In this document: positions 31,943-46,900 of the stretch, piece by piece
Layout of the letters: each line of letters starts with the position of its first letter
Numbering within the stretch: position 1 is the first letter of the stretch
NCBI RefSeq assembly: GCF_048593235.1
Contig: NC_133620.1
Location: 353,677,261 to 353,741,260 of the forward strand
DNA: 64,000 bases
Reading direction: 5' to 3'
Source of the DNA: Sminthopsis crassicaudata
Lineage: Eukaryota
Translations under genes and position numbers: made by a program
The notes under the pieces: model-generated
Database searches by the model: none
Told to the model about the DNA's origin: nothing
The model's input: the letters and a program-made list of their open reading frames with translations, nothing else

Positions 31943-34900
31943 TCAGTGGTTCCGAGAGCTTGAAGGATCTAGTTGATTGAGCTCTGATTGATCTAGCAGT
32001 TCAAAGTCATCCCCTTCAGCATCAGTGTCCAGGTCAGAGCTGGGGGCCCTTAGGAAGCCTCGTGCAGCTCTCTGAGGGGCAGCAGGGGGTGCCTGTTGTT
32101 GGGCCCTTGACAGAGCCAGTTGGATCATACCCTGGGAGACTAGGCTGGCAAGGTTGCTGGTGAGGTTGGCTCCTGTGGGAAGACTGCTGAGTAAAAGCTC
32201 AGGCAGGGCAGCCTCATCTTGGTTGGTAGTTGCCCTTGAGGACTCCTCAGCTCCTGAAGGGGAACGATAGGCAAGGTTGGGAAGCCCTATGCTGGTGTCA
32301 TCCTCATCATCCAGGCCTGCAGCATCCACATTAATGGAAGGGAAGTCAGGAAGGTCTCGGGCAAATGATTCCTCAGGGTCACTATGACCATCCAAGTCTA
32401 AGGAGAATAAGGAAGAATCAGAAAAATGGCTGCTCATGATAATTATATAAATATGCATACATATATTGGATTTAACATATATTTTTAATATGTTTAACAT
32501 ATATTGGATTACTTACCATCTAGGGGACAGAGTGGGAAGGAAGGGAGGGAAAATTTAGAACACAAGATTTTGCAAGAATCAATGAAAAATTATCCATGCA
32601 TATTATTTTGAAAATAAAAAGCTGTAATTAAAAAAAGAAAAGAGGGGGCAGCTAGGGGGCACAGTGGATAGAGTACCAGCCCTAAAGTCAGGAGGACCTG
32701 AGTTCAAATCTGATCTCAGACACCTAATACTTCCTAGCTGTGTGACTCTGGGCAAGTTACTTAACTCCAATTGCCAAAAAGAAAAGAAAAATGGCTGCTG
32801 ATCCCTGCTCCTGTTTCCCATTTCCATATTACCCCGCACCTCTGAAGAGAACCAATTACATATAATCAGAAACCATACCCACCGAAGAGTTTAACTTGTA
32901 AATTCATAGTCTTTTAACTGGTTACCTTTCTTCTACTTAGAGATTTGAATAGATTAAAGCTTCTTAAACTGTGAATATGGGGGCTGCAAAATTAGGATTT
33001 ATTATTTGTAAATGCTTGATGTATATATTTATTCTATATACTTATATACTCAAGAGTTACATAAAAATTTCTCCAGAAAAAAAATTCTCGGGTGAAAAAG
33101 GTGTCATAAGTGGAAAAAGTTTAAGAAGCCCTAGGATAGACGATGCTCTGGGCAAAGTAGTCTTTCTGTGCTCCCTCTGCTTACTCATACAAGATCTCCA
33201 AGAAAAAATACAATCACCTCCAAAATAGGAATTTAACAGAAGAATTACACTCAGGGGTTGGAGGCTAAAAGATCAAAAGTTTCTAAAAGCCATTTAGCCT
33301 ATACCTTGACTTTGGTCACATCTAACTTTTGCCTGCTGTACTATAACCTGGAAACTCCCAAGTCACTTAGTCCTAAAATAAGAGGTCAGGTGATATTACT
33401 CTTTTACTAGCTTGGGTGACAGTCCACTCCATTAGAGGAGCTAGTGGATCAAGCCATTGTCAGGATAAAGGGAGATGTGGGTGTGTGTGGAGGTGGGGAA
33501 GTGTTGAGCAGTGCCTCACCTTCTGATCCCTCAGTTAATGGTGTCTGACCTCTTGAAAGATTGAATGTGCCATTATCTGTACAGGAGACCTCAGCATCTG
33601 AGTGTTCTGAGTCTGTGATGGCCAATTCCCTAGCCACAGTGGAGTCATCCAACTTAAGAGGAAAAAAACAAACAAACAGATAAATCTTATTAATAGTCAC
33701 TTGTTAAACATATATATAAATATAGTATATATGATAATCAATTCTGATGGACATGGCTCTCTTCAACAATGAGATGAACCAAATCAGTTCCATTTGTTCA
33801 ATAATGAATAGAACCAGCTACACCCAGCGAAAGAACTCTGGGAAATGAGTGTGAACCACTACATAGCATTTCCAATCTCTGTTTTTGTCCGTTTGCATTT
33901 TTTATTTCCTTCACAGGTTAAATTTACATTATTTCAAAGTCCAATTCTTCTTGTACAGCAAAATAACTATGGATATGTATACATATATTGTACTTAACAT
34001 ATATTTTAACATATTAAAAAAAATAAAAACACTAAAGAGTATAAGAAAAGAAAATAATCACTTGTTAAGAGTAGACAATAGGTATAGTTCTCAGAGATTG
34101 TTATGCTTACTAGAAAGACTCATAACCGTAAGACCAGAGAGTGAAGACCAGGTTTGAGATAATGGAAATGTAAGTAAAAATGGCAAACACCACCCACATA
34201 TCTGTAGCCAATAAATCTTAAGACCATCCTTTTTCAAGCACCTTAGTTTTAGGCTAAGTTCTGGGGAAAGTGTTCTTAGATCTCATTCCTGGAGAAGTCA
34301 ATTGAAAGACAGAATTGAAGACATGGATCATATGTTTCTGTAATAACATCTCTAGAGAATATCAGTATCCAGAGGTTGCCAAGAGCATATTGATTGATCT
34401 GAAAATCATTTGGGTAAAGAGGGAGGGGAAGAAGACAACCTATTTTGAGGTAAAGCTTCCACAGAGATACTATGATTGAAGCATAGGGATATAAGTGTAT
34501 GAGGGAGCTACTGCACTAGTCACCAGGCTCAAATAGGAGTCCAAGTACAAAGGGCCAAACACAACTGTAGCCTTCCTCGTCTATTCTGGGCTTAAGTCAG
34601 ACGGTGCCCAAAGCACATCAAAAATCTGAAGCAGAGTTGTTGCCTATACATAAGGTATCAAATGATAAGGAAACAAAAAGTCTAATATATTACCTGAGGA
34701 CAGAAAGCAGCTAGCTCCTCCTCACTATCACTACTGTCCCCTTCGGCACCATCAGGGTGCAAGGCTCGAGCACGTCGAACTGTATGAAAACAGAAAAGAA
34801 AAGGCCATCATCCCAAGCTTTCTGGTGAACATTTGTTACTGGGCTTCCAAGATGTGAAACCAGAGCAGGCCAAGGAGAGGTTCCTTGATCTGAACAGTAC

Positions 34901-37900
34901 ACAGAGCAGTGAGGATGGCCCAGGGGGGCAGCTGCTGAGCTGGTGGGGCAGGAGGAGCTGGAGCAGGAAAACAAGCATAACTGAAGTGGAGAAGCTTGTT
35001 TTCCTGCACCATTTAGATCTGTTAATCAGGTCCTCACCAGGGTGGGATGATTTGTATGGGTATGGCTGTAAGGTCTAATCTGGCATGGAATATCAACTTC
35101 ACCTTTTCTATTATCCACCTCCAAGGTGATCGCAGACATGTAAAACATAATCTTTGTCACCTTGTTCTTATCCCTATATTGCCCCAAACAGGAATCAAAC
35201 CACCTCAGGATACTTACGCTGCCTTTCTCTGTGCCTAGACATCATGTAACCATGGACACTGAAGTCCAGCCGCTGCAGGACTGGCTCTAGCTTCATGTGC
35301 AATCGATGTCCCAGTCTGTGGTACACAGCAAGGGGCCACAGAAGGAGAGAAAGAACTGGAAAAAAGCATAACAAATGGCAAATTATAGAGGAAGCTATAC
35401 AAATTAAATTTAATTTCTTTCCCATAATGTTGCAATCCTATGTTGCCGAAGTCGCACTAGAGATGTTTTTGCATTTTCTAGCACATTTTTTCTGGAATTA
35501 TCAAATGTACTTGGGATTGCTCATAACTGCACCTTGTGTTACCCCCTCCCCCAATACTGACCTTGTATTTATTCATATGTACTTTATGTGTGCATGATGT
35601 CTCCCCTGACAGAATATAAATGCTTTCATTTTTGTCTATCCCTAGCACCTACCATGGCCTAGCACATGATACATGCTTAACAAATGCTTGTTGGCTGAAT
35701 CACTAGGAGAAAAACTTTATTTCCATAGGGACCTATAGAGATAGTTACTCCAGGTCACTTCCTTAAGGATATGAATTCATTACAGCTTTCTCTCTGACTG
35801 AAGGGTCAGTTATGATTGGGGGAATCTGTGAATAGAGTTATTGCCAGCAAGGCTATGTGTAAAACTTACGGAGTAAGTAGGAAAGCAGGAGTCCAGGAAT
35901 GTATCGGCCCAGGACAGCCAGAAAGGTCAGGAAACCACAGCTTAACAGGCAGAACTGGGGATACCAGGGAAAAAAAGCATTAGGTTTCTGATACAGAGGG
36001 AAAGGCCAGGCTGAGGTAATGCTGATCCATGAATCAAGCAATGGACATGTCAGATCTGATGATGCTTGGATGTTACTGGTAGGGGAAGAAGGGCTTATAA
36101 TTGCTATTCAAACTCCCTTTTTATGCTGCTAACTTCACAGGGCTACATTTCACATTAAGACATTTGTTTGAATAGGACTCAGCCAAAAAATGCTTTCTTA
36201 AAAGCACAAGGTTGTTTGTGGTTTTTTTGATCCAGGAAAAAACAAACAAACAACCCCCTCCCACCATAGTAACCTTACACACAACACAGAATGCACACAC
36301 ACATGCTTTCTTGCTTAGAAACAGGAAAATGGCACTACTGTGAGTTCAATCTAAATGTCAAAAACCACCAGGAGTCTTGGCCCCTGGCCCCACCACCTTT
36401 CTTTGCTTCTACTACTGCCACTGCCTTGTCCTTCCTGGATGACAGTGTTCCTCTTAGGGTTTAATAAACCCTTTAATAAATCTTCCTGACAGGATTTAAT
36501 AGTAACAAGGCTACGTCAAATGGAGGTTTCTAACCCTGGGCTGGGAGTAGTAAAAGAAGGGAGAATAATGGAGGGAGGGTCTTACCTTGCCTGGGTTTTG
36601 CTTTTTGAAAAGCAAGAGATTCCTTATGAATGTGGTCCCACTAACCCAGCCTTCGGCTACATGGTGGCAGAGCTCAGGCATGCTAAGGAGCCGAGGGTGT
36701 ACAAAGCCCCAGCTACAGAAGAAAGAAGGGGATCTGTGAATAGAGGGGGAAGGGGATTCCCCAGTTGTACTGAGGACTAGGATAAATGCTAACTAATGTT
36801 TTCTAGGTTTTAAATTGGGCTTGGATAGTGGCCAACCCCCAGGTACCATGAAGATGCAGCATGGCTACATGCTGACAAGCTGGGCTTTTTTCTTAGCTCA
36901 CAGGTTGAAACTTGAAGTTGAGAAGCAGGATAATGAACTTGTTCCAACAACCCTCTACCTGGTGAGCAAGAAGCCCAGGCTGCATGTGTAAACCTTCCAC
37001 CCTGTCCAGAGCTCTTCATACTATTTTCCCATTTGTATTTGAGCCTTTGCAAACCATTTTGATTGCAGTACAAGAATAAAAGTAACACACAATCTGATAC
37101 CAACACTGCTGAAATGGAGGCAACTGGTGGTGTGTAAGGAAAATAAAATAAAATCAAAATAAATCACACCACAGAAATCTTCCTGGGATCAGATGGATGA
37201 TGGGAATGAAATCAATAATGAAAGCAGACACTATAGACACAAGAGTTATCTTTGGCTTATTAGTGCTAGAAAGCAATGTGTTCTCTGACAACATTAAAAG
37301 CCAGAGGTCACATAATACACTAAATGGCCTAGTATAAAAATGTCAGGAGACATAATATTGATACCTTTCTAATGTCACCCTGTAGCTGAGTAATGCATCT
37401 ACTATCTGCCCCCTTCCCTCTATCTATTAAACTGCTGAAGTGCCACACACTAAAATGTTTCCTATTGAAAAACCTGTTTCAAAGATCAAATGAGATTGGA
37501 TATTTCTGTATGTTTTGATTGAATTTCAGATATGCCAAAGATACTTATTTAGAACAAAAAAAGTCGTCTGTTATTCTACAGTGTGTATCTGGAGAGCAAG
37601 GTCATTAAAGAATCAAACACCATTTCTCAGAATGAATCAGATCAATGAAAAGGGATTTAATTAGTTTTTCATACCTCTCATTGTCTAATGCGTCGGGTCT
37701 TGCCACTACAACATTAAAACAAACATCAGCATTAGTTGGTAGGAAAAACTGAACATGATAATGTTAGGCTGTTGTCAAGCTCTATTAGCTTGACAACTCA
37801 AGTTTTAATAGGTTTTGGGAAAATACAACAGCAAATACAACAGAGTCACCAAGTTATAAGTTAGGGAGCTAGATACAAGGCTATGTTAATCTAAGCCTAT

Positions 37901-40900
37901 TTGCTTCTCCAGAAAACCCAAAATGAAAAAAAGAGTTTGTTATTCTGCAATTAAATTTGCAGGAGATGAAGGCTAACAATAAAAAAGGAAAAAGGTCCAT
38001 TAGCACCATGTCTGTATAATGTATATGTTCACACATCTCTTATTTGCCTAGCTAATAAGCTGCCAACACATAATCAAGTTAGATCAGCACCTTTAAGCAT
38101 CATCTCACAAAATCTCCCTCTCTACCTCTGACTTCTTTCCTAACCTTTGGTCCCACAACTCCAAATGTCAACCTAGACATTCTACTTTGATGCCTTGACA
38201 GTACTTCACAGCACATATATTTAAATGGTCATTTTACCAATTACATTGAAATATATAAAACCAAATTCATCATCTTTCCCATCCCCCACTCTAGGCTTCC
38301 ACCTGGCTCTTTCTTCTGACTTTTTCCAAAGATCACATCATTTTCTTTTCCAAGCTCTTCTTTTTCAATGTGTCTGGCATCCATCCTTTCCTATCTTCTC
38401 TCAGTACTTACCTATTCCTTTACACTAAGACTATTGCAATGGCCTCTGGATAATATTTACGAAAGATTCTTGAGACTATTTCCCTCAGTATGACTGTATT
38501 ATTACCACAATACTATTTTTCTAAAACAATACTTTTAGCATATCCCCTTAATCAAAAGGCTTCAATAACTCTTCACTATTCATAAAATTAAAGTCCAAGC
38601 ACCTCGGCATGGGATTCAAAGCTTTTCACAATCTAATTCTCATCTTACTTTTTAATTTTATTACTCACTACTCTGCTAGAAAAAAGCCTACTCATCATCT
38701 CCCAAATACTTGAATTTTCTGCTCAATGCTAAGAGACAATGTGAAGATTAAACAAAGACATTGTTCTTGATACCATGGAACTTTTTCTCTAGTAGGGGAG
38801 ATAAGATACCTATACCTATTATTCTCTGCCCCAAACCTATAATACATGAGAAGCAAATAAAAAAAGAGTAGTAGTCAAAATCCACGAAGGATCATATCTA
38901 ACTTAAGGGAATTAAAGAAAATTTATGGAGTAAGTGGAATTTTAGCTAGGCCTTAAAGGATGGGTAGGATTCTAAAATGGGAATGGGATAGGGAGGAGAT
39001 TTATATATAAAGGGAGAGTAGAGATAGCATGAGCAAAGTTATCCAGACAGGATAGAATGCAACGTGTCCTAGAGAACTGCAGTTATGATCATGAGAGTTT
39101 TAAAATGAAAACAGGACAAAGAAGAAATTTACCTACCTATCTGCTAAAACAGATATACAGGTATAAAATGGGAAAAAGAGAATCAGCAAATATATCAGTA
39201 ATTAATAGAGAACAGAATCTAAGAAAATAGACTGCAATAACACTGAGACAGCTATATGCAAATAAATGCATGAAATATACGTAAAATAAATTGACTAACA
39301 ATTAATAGATATTAAATTCTAACTAGGGGTTTCACTAAAATATGGAAGGGTGGAACTCATAACTGAAATGTAGCAATAATAGCTATCATTTATACAGAAC
39401 ATTCTGCAAAGCATTTCTTATATATAATCTCATTTGATTCTTAGAATAACTTGGTGAGGTGATTAAGGCATATATTTTAGGGCAGCAGAGTAGCATTATA
39501 TATTAAGAAATGTTATATACTAAGAAGACATGATTATGGGAGCCAGAAAAAGAAAAAGATAAAAGAATTTGGTTGAGAAACATTTTTTTAAAATCTGGTA
39601 CAAGTTCATGATAGAATCATGACAAGGGACTTCATCTATTATCTGGACAACTATTGGAATATACTAACAAAATTAGTACAGCTGATAAATTCTTGACTTG
39701 TTTTAATGATAACTTCATTCTTCAAGTAACTGACAAAGGCAATTACTACTCCTGAAAGGATCCTAACCAATAAAGAGCCACTGGGATGGAACCTTAGGAA
39801 AAAATAGCTACTTCATCTTAAGAGTTCATAAAAGAGGAAAACAAAGAGTTTGGTGCACACCAAAAACTGGAATTTCAAAGGATTCAAAGGAAGGAACAAG
39901 AGCATCCAACTGCCTAAAGCAGAATTGACCAAGGAAGGACGATTTGGAAACTTTTAAGAATGAAATTCGGAAACACAAATAAGTCCTATAAGAAAGAAAA
40001 TAATATTAAACAGATTGATTGAACTGAATATATATGAAAAAACATAAATTTTATCTTAACTTTTGTTATATTAATTCTTAAACTTTCCCTCCTCTATCAA
40101 TATAGCTATCCTCTGAAATAAAGATTTAAAAAGAGGAAAAAAAGCAATTCAACAAAATGAGTATATCATTCCTTATCAGACAATGATATCGGACAACATA
40201 TGCAATATTCCATATCAATCCTTATTTACTATTCCATATCCCCAGTCCTGTCATGAAGAGAGGGATATGCATTTTCTCACCTCTCACCTTAGGCCAAGCC
40301 TGGGCAAAATTACAAGGTGTTCCATTTCTTTTTTTGTATTTTTCTGTTTATATTATTATAGTCTGTGTATGCTGTTTTCCTGGTTTGCTTAACTTCACTC
40401 TATCAGTTCATAAAAAAAACAAAAACAAAAATAAAAACAACAACAAAAAAAAAAACCAAAAAAAAAAAACTTCCTTTGCTTCTGTGAATTCTCCACATTA
40501 GATGTTTCTTATAGGTCAATGATAATCCTATTTCATACATTCATACAATTTGTTTAGCTATTCCCTAGCTACACTAACTTATATTTTTATAGAGCATTCA
40601 TAGAAGATATATAGAGAATAAATAAAATCCTATAAAAATGACACCAGGAAAGCTAATACTGAGAATTATATGGAAAATTAATGCTAAGGAGGTGATTCAG
40701 GCCAGTTCCAACTGTATTGTGATGGAGTCATCTGCACCAGAGAGAGAGGACTGTGGGGCCTGAGCATGAATCACTTTTTTTTTTGTTGTTTGCTTATGTT
40801 TTCCTTCTCTTTTCCTTTTTTTGATCTGATTTTTCTTGTGTAGCATGATAAGTGTGGAGCTATGTACAGAAGAACTGTACATGTTTAGTATATACTGGAT

Positions 40901-43900
40901 TACTTGCTGTATAGGGGAAAAATGGGGGGAAGGAGAAAAAAATTGGAACATGGGGTTTGGGGGGGCTGAATGTTGAAAATTATCTATTCATGTGTTTTGA
41001 AAATAAAAAACTATTTAAAAAAGAAAATTAATGCTAGGAATAACAGAAAAAGGCTTTTTTAGTCATCTTAGGGGCAAAAGGAAAATCAAAGAAGTGATAG
41101 GACTACTGCTTGGAGTAGATGGAATAATGATTTTTTAAAAAATGATAAGACAGGAGGAAGACATTCAATTCATATTTTGTTTTTAATTTTATCTACTTAG
41201 ATGAATAATCATTGAATAGGGAAGGATAAAAGATAGTTAACAAGGAGCAGAAATTCAAGATAAATGAGCACCTAGAACTAAATTCAAATCATCTGACTGA
41301 GATAAAATCTATCTTACAAGCATACTGAAAACACCAGGAAATGATTGTGAAAAAAATGTGGCAATCAAGAGACGTGACAAAGACCTGGAGAAATGGGCGG
41401 ATATTTTTCCGATTTTCAAAACTAGAAAGAAGATTGATCTTCAAATCATCAGATAGTGAGTTTTACTTTGACTTCTGACAGAATTAATAAAGGTATGATT
41501 TGTGAGAATATGGAAAAAGATTTAGTTATTTCTAAGAGTAAGATTCCATCAAGAAAAAGTCATTCTAAGAACTAATAGGAAAACTGGAAAGCACTTCAGC
41601 ACAAAACAAGCTTAGTTTTCAAAACAAGAAATAAAACCATCAACAATCACAAGTCAACCTGCTTTAAATCACTAATAAGAAAAATGCGAATTAAATAATT
41701 CCAAAGTATTACTTCTTCCTACACATAAAACTGAAAATGATGACAAATGACAGAAACAGTATAAAGAGGAGCTATAGAAAAAATAGGAACACTAATACCC
41801 TAGTAGTGGAGCTGTGAATTAGTTCAGCTATTTCAGAATACAATTTGGTCTTATTTGAGAAAAAGGCCTGGATTGTTCAAATCCTCTGATCTCACCATTG
41901 GGAAAACCCCAAGGATGTCAAGGACACAAAAGATCCAATGCATACCAAAATAGAGCAACACTTTTAAAAGTGGGTACTCATTGTTTGGGGGAATGGTTAT
42001 ACAAACAAGTACATGAATGTAATGGAATATGATTGTGTCACACAAATGTGAAGAATTCAGAGAAACATGGCAAGAAACATAAATGTATGCAGAGAAAAGA
42101 ATCAGAATAACAATGTATTCAATTACTGGAATAATACAAATTAAAACAATACTAAAAGACATAAAAAATTAGAAAATTAAATGACCAACTTTGGTTCTAA
42201 AAAAAAAAAAAAGAGATGATAAAACTTATTTTCCTACTCTTAGTGGAAAAATGAGGGACTATGGATGCAAAATTTTCCTTATAGCTCAGATCTGGTCTCT
42301 ATGTCATGTAGTTTTACTTCGCTGTTTTTCTTTGTTATAAGAAGATTCTGTGAGGTGGGATTATTGGGAAATGGCTGTAAAAAAAAGGGCTTCAATAAAA
42401 CTTTTTGTTTCTTAAAAAGGACAAATCATGCCAAGCTAGCATAACTTCTTCTTCTTTTTTTTTTTTTTTTTAAATAGGGTACTGGAAACATAGTTTACCT
42501 AGATTATAGCAAAATATCTAACAATGTAAAGTTATTTTTGTGGATGTATATAATATGGAGTTAGGTGGATTCAGAACTGTTTTAAGAGGACTCAGAAAGA
42601 AATCATAAATGGGTTGATATCACTTTAGAGATAGGTCTTTGGTAGAATACTTTAGTGATCTATTCTTGGCTCTCTGCTATTTTAAACATTTTCCCCAATG
42701 AATTATGTGAAGAAATGGATGATTTGTTTATTGAATTTGAGGATGACATTATATTGGGAGAAATGGCTAAAATACTGAACAACAGAGTAGAACGCTAAAA
42801 GATTTTGACAGGCCAGAATGATGAGCTGACACTAATGACTTGAAATTTAATAAACAAAGTCTTAAACAAGCCCAAAGATTAATAATATATTAGAAATAAA
42901 TATTCAGTCCTGTGATCATATTTTAAGATCATTAATAAACTGCAGCATATCCCAAAGAAGATGACCAGGACAGTGAAGCAATTGGAGTCTTGTTCTACTT
43001 GGCCTCAGGGAAAACACAAATAATAAGAATGAAGAGAAGGCATGATTTAAGAAAAACTTCCTAATAATTAGAGATATCCAAAAGCACTGCCTTGGAAGAT
43101 AGTTAGATCTCTACCCCTAGAGGTTTTTTAAGGATAGGCTACAGGACTTCTTAAACGTTTTTTGAGACCAATGTTTGCCCAAGAAATTTTTGTGACCATG
43201 GGTATATAGGTATATAAAATAAGCATTCAAATAAAAAATTAACTGATAATCATAATTTCATGATTCCCACATTCAGTTATGAAATCCCATATGGGGTCAG
43301 GACTCAACAATTTAAGAAGCTGAGGACTAGATGATCATTCCTTAAGGATACTGAAGAGAGTAGAAATCAGAGCCTTGAATGCTAGGCTTAATTTGCGCTT
43401 TAATTACTAGGCAATAAGGACCCATTAAAAGATTTTAAATGTAAAAGTAACATGATTGATTTGTATATAAGATAAATTTGATAAATAGCGTGAAGGATGG
43501 GTTGGAGAAAGAAGAGAATAAAGGCATAAAAGTCTGTTAGGTTAAGAGGCAAGCAGTCAAAACAGGTGGTAATCTAAAGCCTGGAGCTCTCCTCCAGGTG
43601 GAGGAGAGAACAGAGAGAAAGGGATCAATGATAGTAAGATATATTCAAAAGGTAGTAATGAGAACTGACAAAATTAGATATAACACAATATTTTAAACAT
43701 GAAAGACTGAATGAATGAGGGTACCACTGACAAATATGCCATGAGAAGAGAGAGACTTAAGGGAAAAGATACTCTATTGTTCTAGTCATATTGAGTTTGA
43801 GGTGCCATTGGAACAACCATGTGGATAAGATACAGTTGAATGCAAGTCTGAAGCTCTGGAGAAAGGTCAGGTTGGAAAATATCAAATTAGAATGCTACCT

Positions 43901-46900
43901 CTGTAGATATGATTACTAAAACTGTGGAAATAAATGATACCAGCAAAGGAGAGAATACAGAAGAAATAAATATAGAACCGAGATAGGTCAAGATTAAGGC
44001 AATGGGAAAAGACAGACATATATTCGTAGAAGATAAATAGTGAGAAAGATACGAAATATTAGTAGAGAAGTAATGTCCAGAAAAAGAGGTTGGTGAGTGT
44101 AAAAAGCTGAAGTGGGAGAATGAGGACTGATCTAAGTCTCTTGGACTTAGTATTAAAGTAGTCAATGTTTCCATTTGAACAAGTAATTTTTCAATAGTTC
44201 AGTGGGGATAGAATTCAGATCATAAGGTGTTGAAGACTGATGGAAGTGAGGAAGTAGAGGTACTGTCTTTGTTCAAGATTTTTCCCAACTATCTTGCCTG
44301 TCTTCCTTTCTAACTATTTGAATCCTCAACTTCTGTTCCACTTCCTGCATGAATCTTCTCCTTGTCAATTCTGCCCAGTCATTTCCATCTCTTCTGACTC
44401 ACAGTATTTCCTATCCAATACTTTTACATTATCATTTAAATTTTAACTGGGAGACAAAGGATGTTAATCTCCATAATTAAATTATAAACTATTTTTAGAA
44501 AGGAACCAACTTGCATACTTTTTGGTATTCTCAGTAGCATCAAGTGTTGTCAGAGCTAAATTCATATTTCATGATACACCTTTATTAAGTAAGACTGATA
44601 TATCAAGTGAATGAATAAAACGATATAAATCTCAAAATTATCTTTCAGTCCAACAATGAAGGCAAAACCCTGTTTCCGTGATAAAGAGACAGCTTTCTAT
44701 AGTTTACTGTTCAAGAAAAGGGAGGGCCATTGATTTAATGTTTTAAATAGACTCTATAATTACCCTAAAGCAAAACAGCTAAAAAATTTCTCGATTAGAT
44801 TATTCCAAATGCTTCCAAACTCACCTCTCATTTCAGGCCAGATTTTGTTTTTCCACTGATCTATACATACAATTATCATCAAGCTGAATGCAAGTAAAAA
44901 CACCAGACGAAGGGAGGTCAGTGCAAAGAACCTGCAAGCAAAGGAAGAGCAAAATAATGTATGTAACTAGTTCAAAATTAAGAAAAATGTTATGCACGTT
45001 TAAGGCTGAGTGATACAATGGAAAGAGGTGGCTGATCTGATTTCTAATTCCTTTGGTAACTATGTGACCTTAAGCAAGTCACTGAAATCATCTGATTTAC
45101 TTCTGATAAAGTTTACAGACTTTCCTCACCAAAGGCAGGAGATTAGACCAGATAATATTCTGAGGTGCCTTTCAGCTTTAAAAAGAAAATCTGCCTTGAC
45201 AATAAGTAGTCTTAGTACAAGATAGAAAAGCAAAATATATTTCTATCAATCTCTCTTAGATTACTGCAGAAATCCTGAATGAATATCCTTCAGGGAATTG
45301 GGTAAATGTTAGCAATTGGAAGGAAGAAACCTTAATATTGTCTAGTTTGGTGTTCTCCCTCTACAAAATCTATTAAAATGACTTTGTTTAAACTACTCAA
45401 AATATAAAGATTAGTGCAATTTTGCAAATTTGTACTTTCAAACTGATTTTATTCTGAATATACTATTTCAAACAATATTTTTATTATATTTTTTTATTTA
45501 TAAAACATATGCATAGGCAATTTTTTCCAACAATGACCCTTGCAAAACCTTCTGTTCCAAATTTTCCCCTCCTTCCCCCCATCCCCTTTCCTAGATGGCA
45601 GGTAGTCCGATACATGTTAAAGATGTCCAATAATCTTCTAACAATCATTTCTTATATATATGTTTTATAACTGGAACAATATCAGAAGCAATAAGTCTTT
45701 AAAAATGTTTCACAGCACTTTTTCTTTTGATCAACAAGCATTTCATAAAGACATCCTAAGTATTAGGAACTATGCTTTTACTTATATATGCTAACCTTTT
45801 TGGGGAGAGGGGACTATTTACTTATTCCAGTTTTAAGGACAATATTTTGTTGTTGTTGTTGTTGAGGCAATTGAGGTCTAGTGACTTGCCCAGCTAGGAA
45901 GTGTTAAGTGTCTGAGGCCACATTTGAACTCAGGTCCTCCTGACTTCAGGGCTGTTACTCTATCCAGTGCACCACCAAGCTGCCCCAGATAATATTCATT
46001 TTAATTTTTCTTTTGAATTGTTTTAAATACAATATTGCTTCATTTGTAAAAGTAAACTGTGTTTTGCCATAAGAATGGAACTATTTCAAAAATGTTGGTA
46101 AGAGCATACTTGGTGCCTCAGGATCACTGGAGGTTATAGACTCGTACTTTAGTGCTTGTAGGGATATAAGAAAGTATCTAGCAAATGTCAACTTTTAAAA
46201 ATGAAAAAACTGAGATAAATTGACTTTACCAAGGTTACATAGGTAGTTAATGTCAGTGGTAGAATTTTAACCTAGAGTCTGTAACTGAAGCTCTTACTCT
46301 TGGAACTGGTCCTGATGTCTCCACGAGATAGGTATTGTCCTACTGGTAATTAGAATCAGGATGTGTCCTGATCAATTTCAATTATTAACACTTGACATTT
46401 CTTTTCTGCTTAAACTTAAAATTGGTAAAAATTTGTTTCAAAATTTACTTTATTTACTCAGAGGTTAAAATTACTTAAAATTAGTAAAGTTTATTTCTCT
46501 ATTGTCCACAATGAACATTGCATTAAAAAATGTAAGACTCTAAACACATTTGTATATATTAAACAGATTGTGGATTTTTTCACAATCCTAAATTATGAGA
46601 TGATTTTAACCACTGTTACCAATTCCTCACACCACAGTGAAACCATGGAGTCTGGAAATCTAAGTGACCAACTTGACCACAACTAGATTAAAAGGAATAG
46701 AAGCAGTCAATGAGTTGTAAATAGTCTCACTTTACAAATTATTACCCATTACAAAATTGAGGGTGAATAATCTATGAGGAGAGAAAGGAGAGGAGAAGGA
46801 ATCAAATGGTAAAAAAGTCATTCTAACTGGTGACAATCCCATCCAAACCTTTTTTTACCCCCACCAAACTAAAAGAGCAATTATACATGAGATCAAAATG

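Larger units (their letters stand above)
39450..43140 (+). mobile_element. Long L3/CR1 LINE ORF2 fossil in RETREG3 intron 2, interrupted by L1s
   Basis: Degenerate translations follow CR1 ORF2 order: GDFN-like (~39625), DNFILQ (~39707), GTLG.SD (~39790), W..A...PIFK (~41390), VYLD.SK (~42492), FNIF.N/FEDD (RT FADD motif, ~42680-42750), then the L3 3' end 'aaaaacttcctaataattagag' (~43052). Confidence 0.7.
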
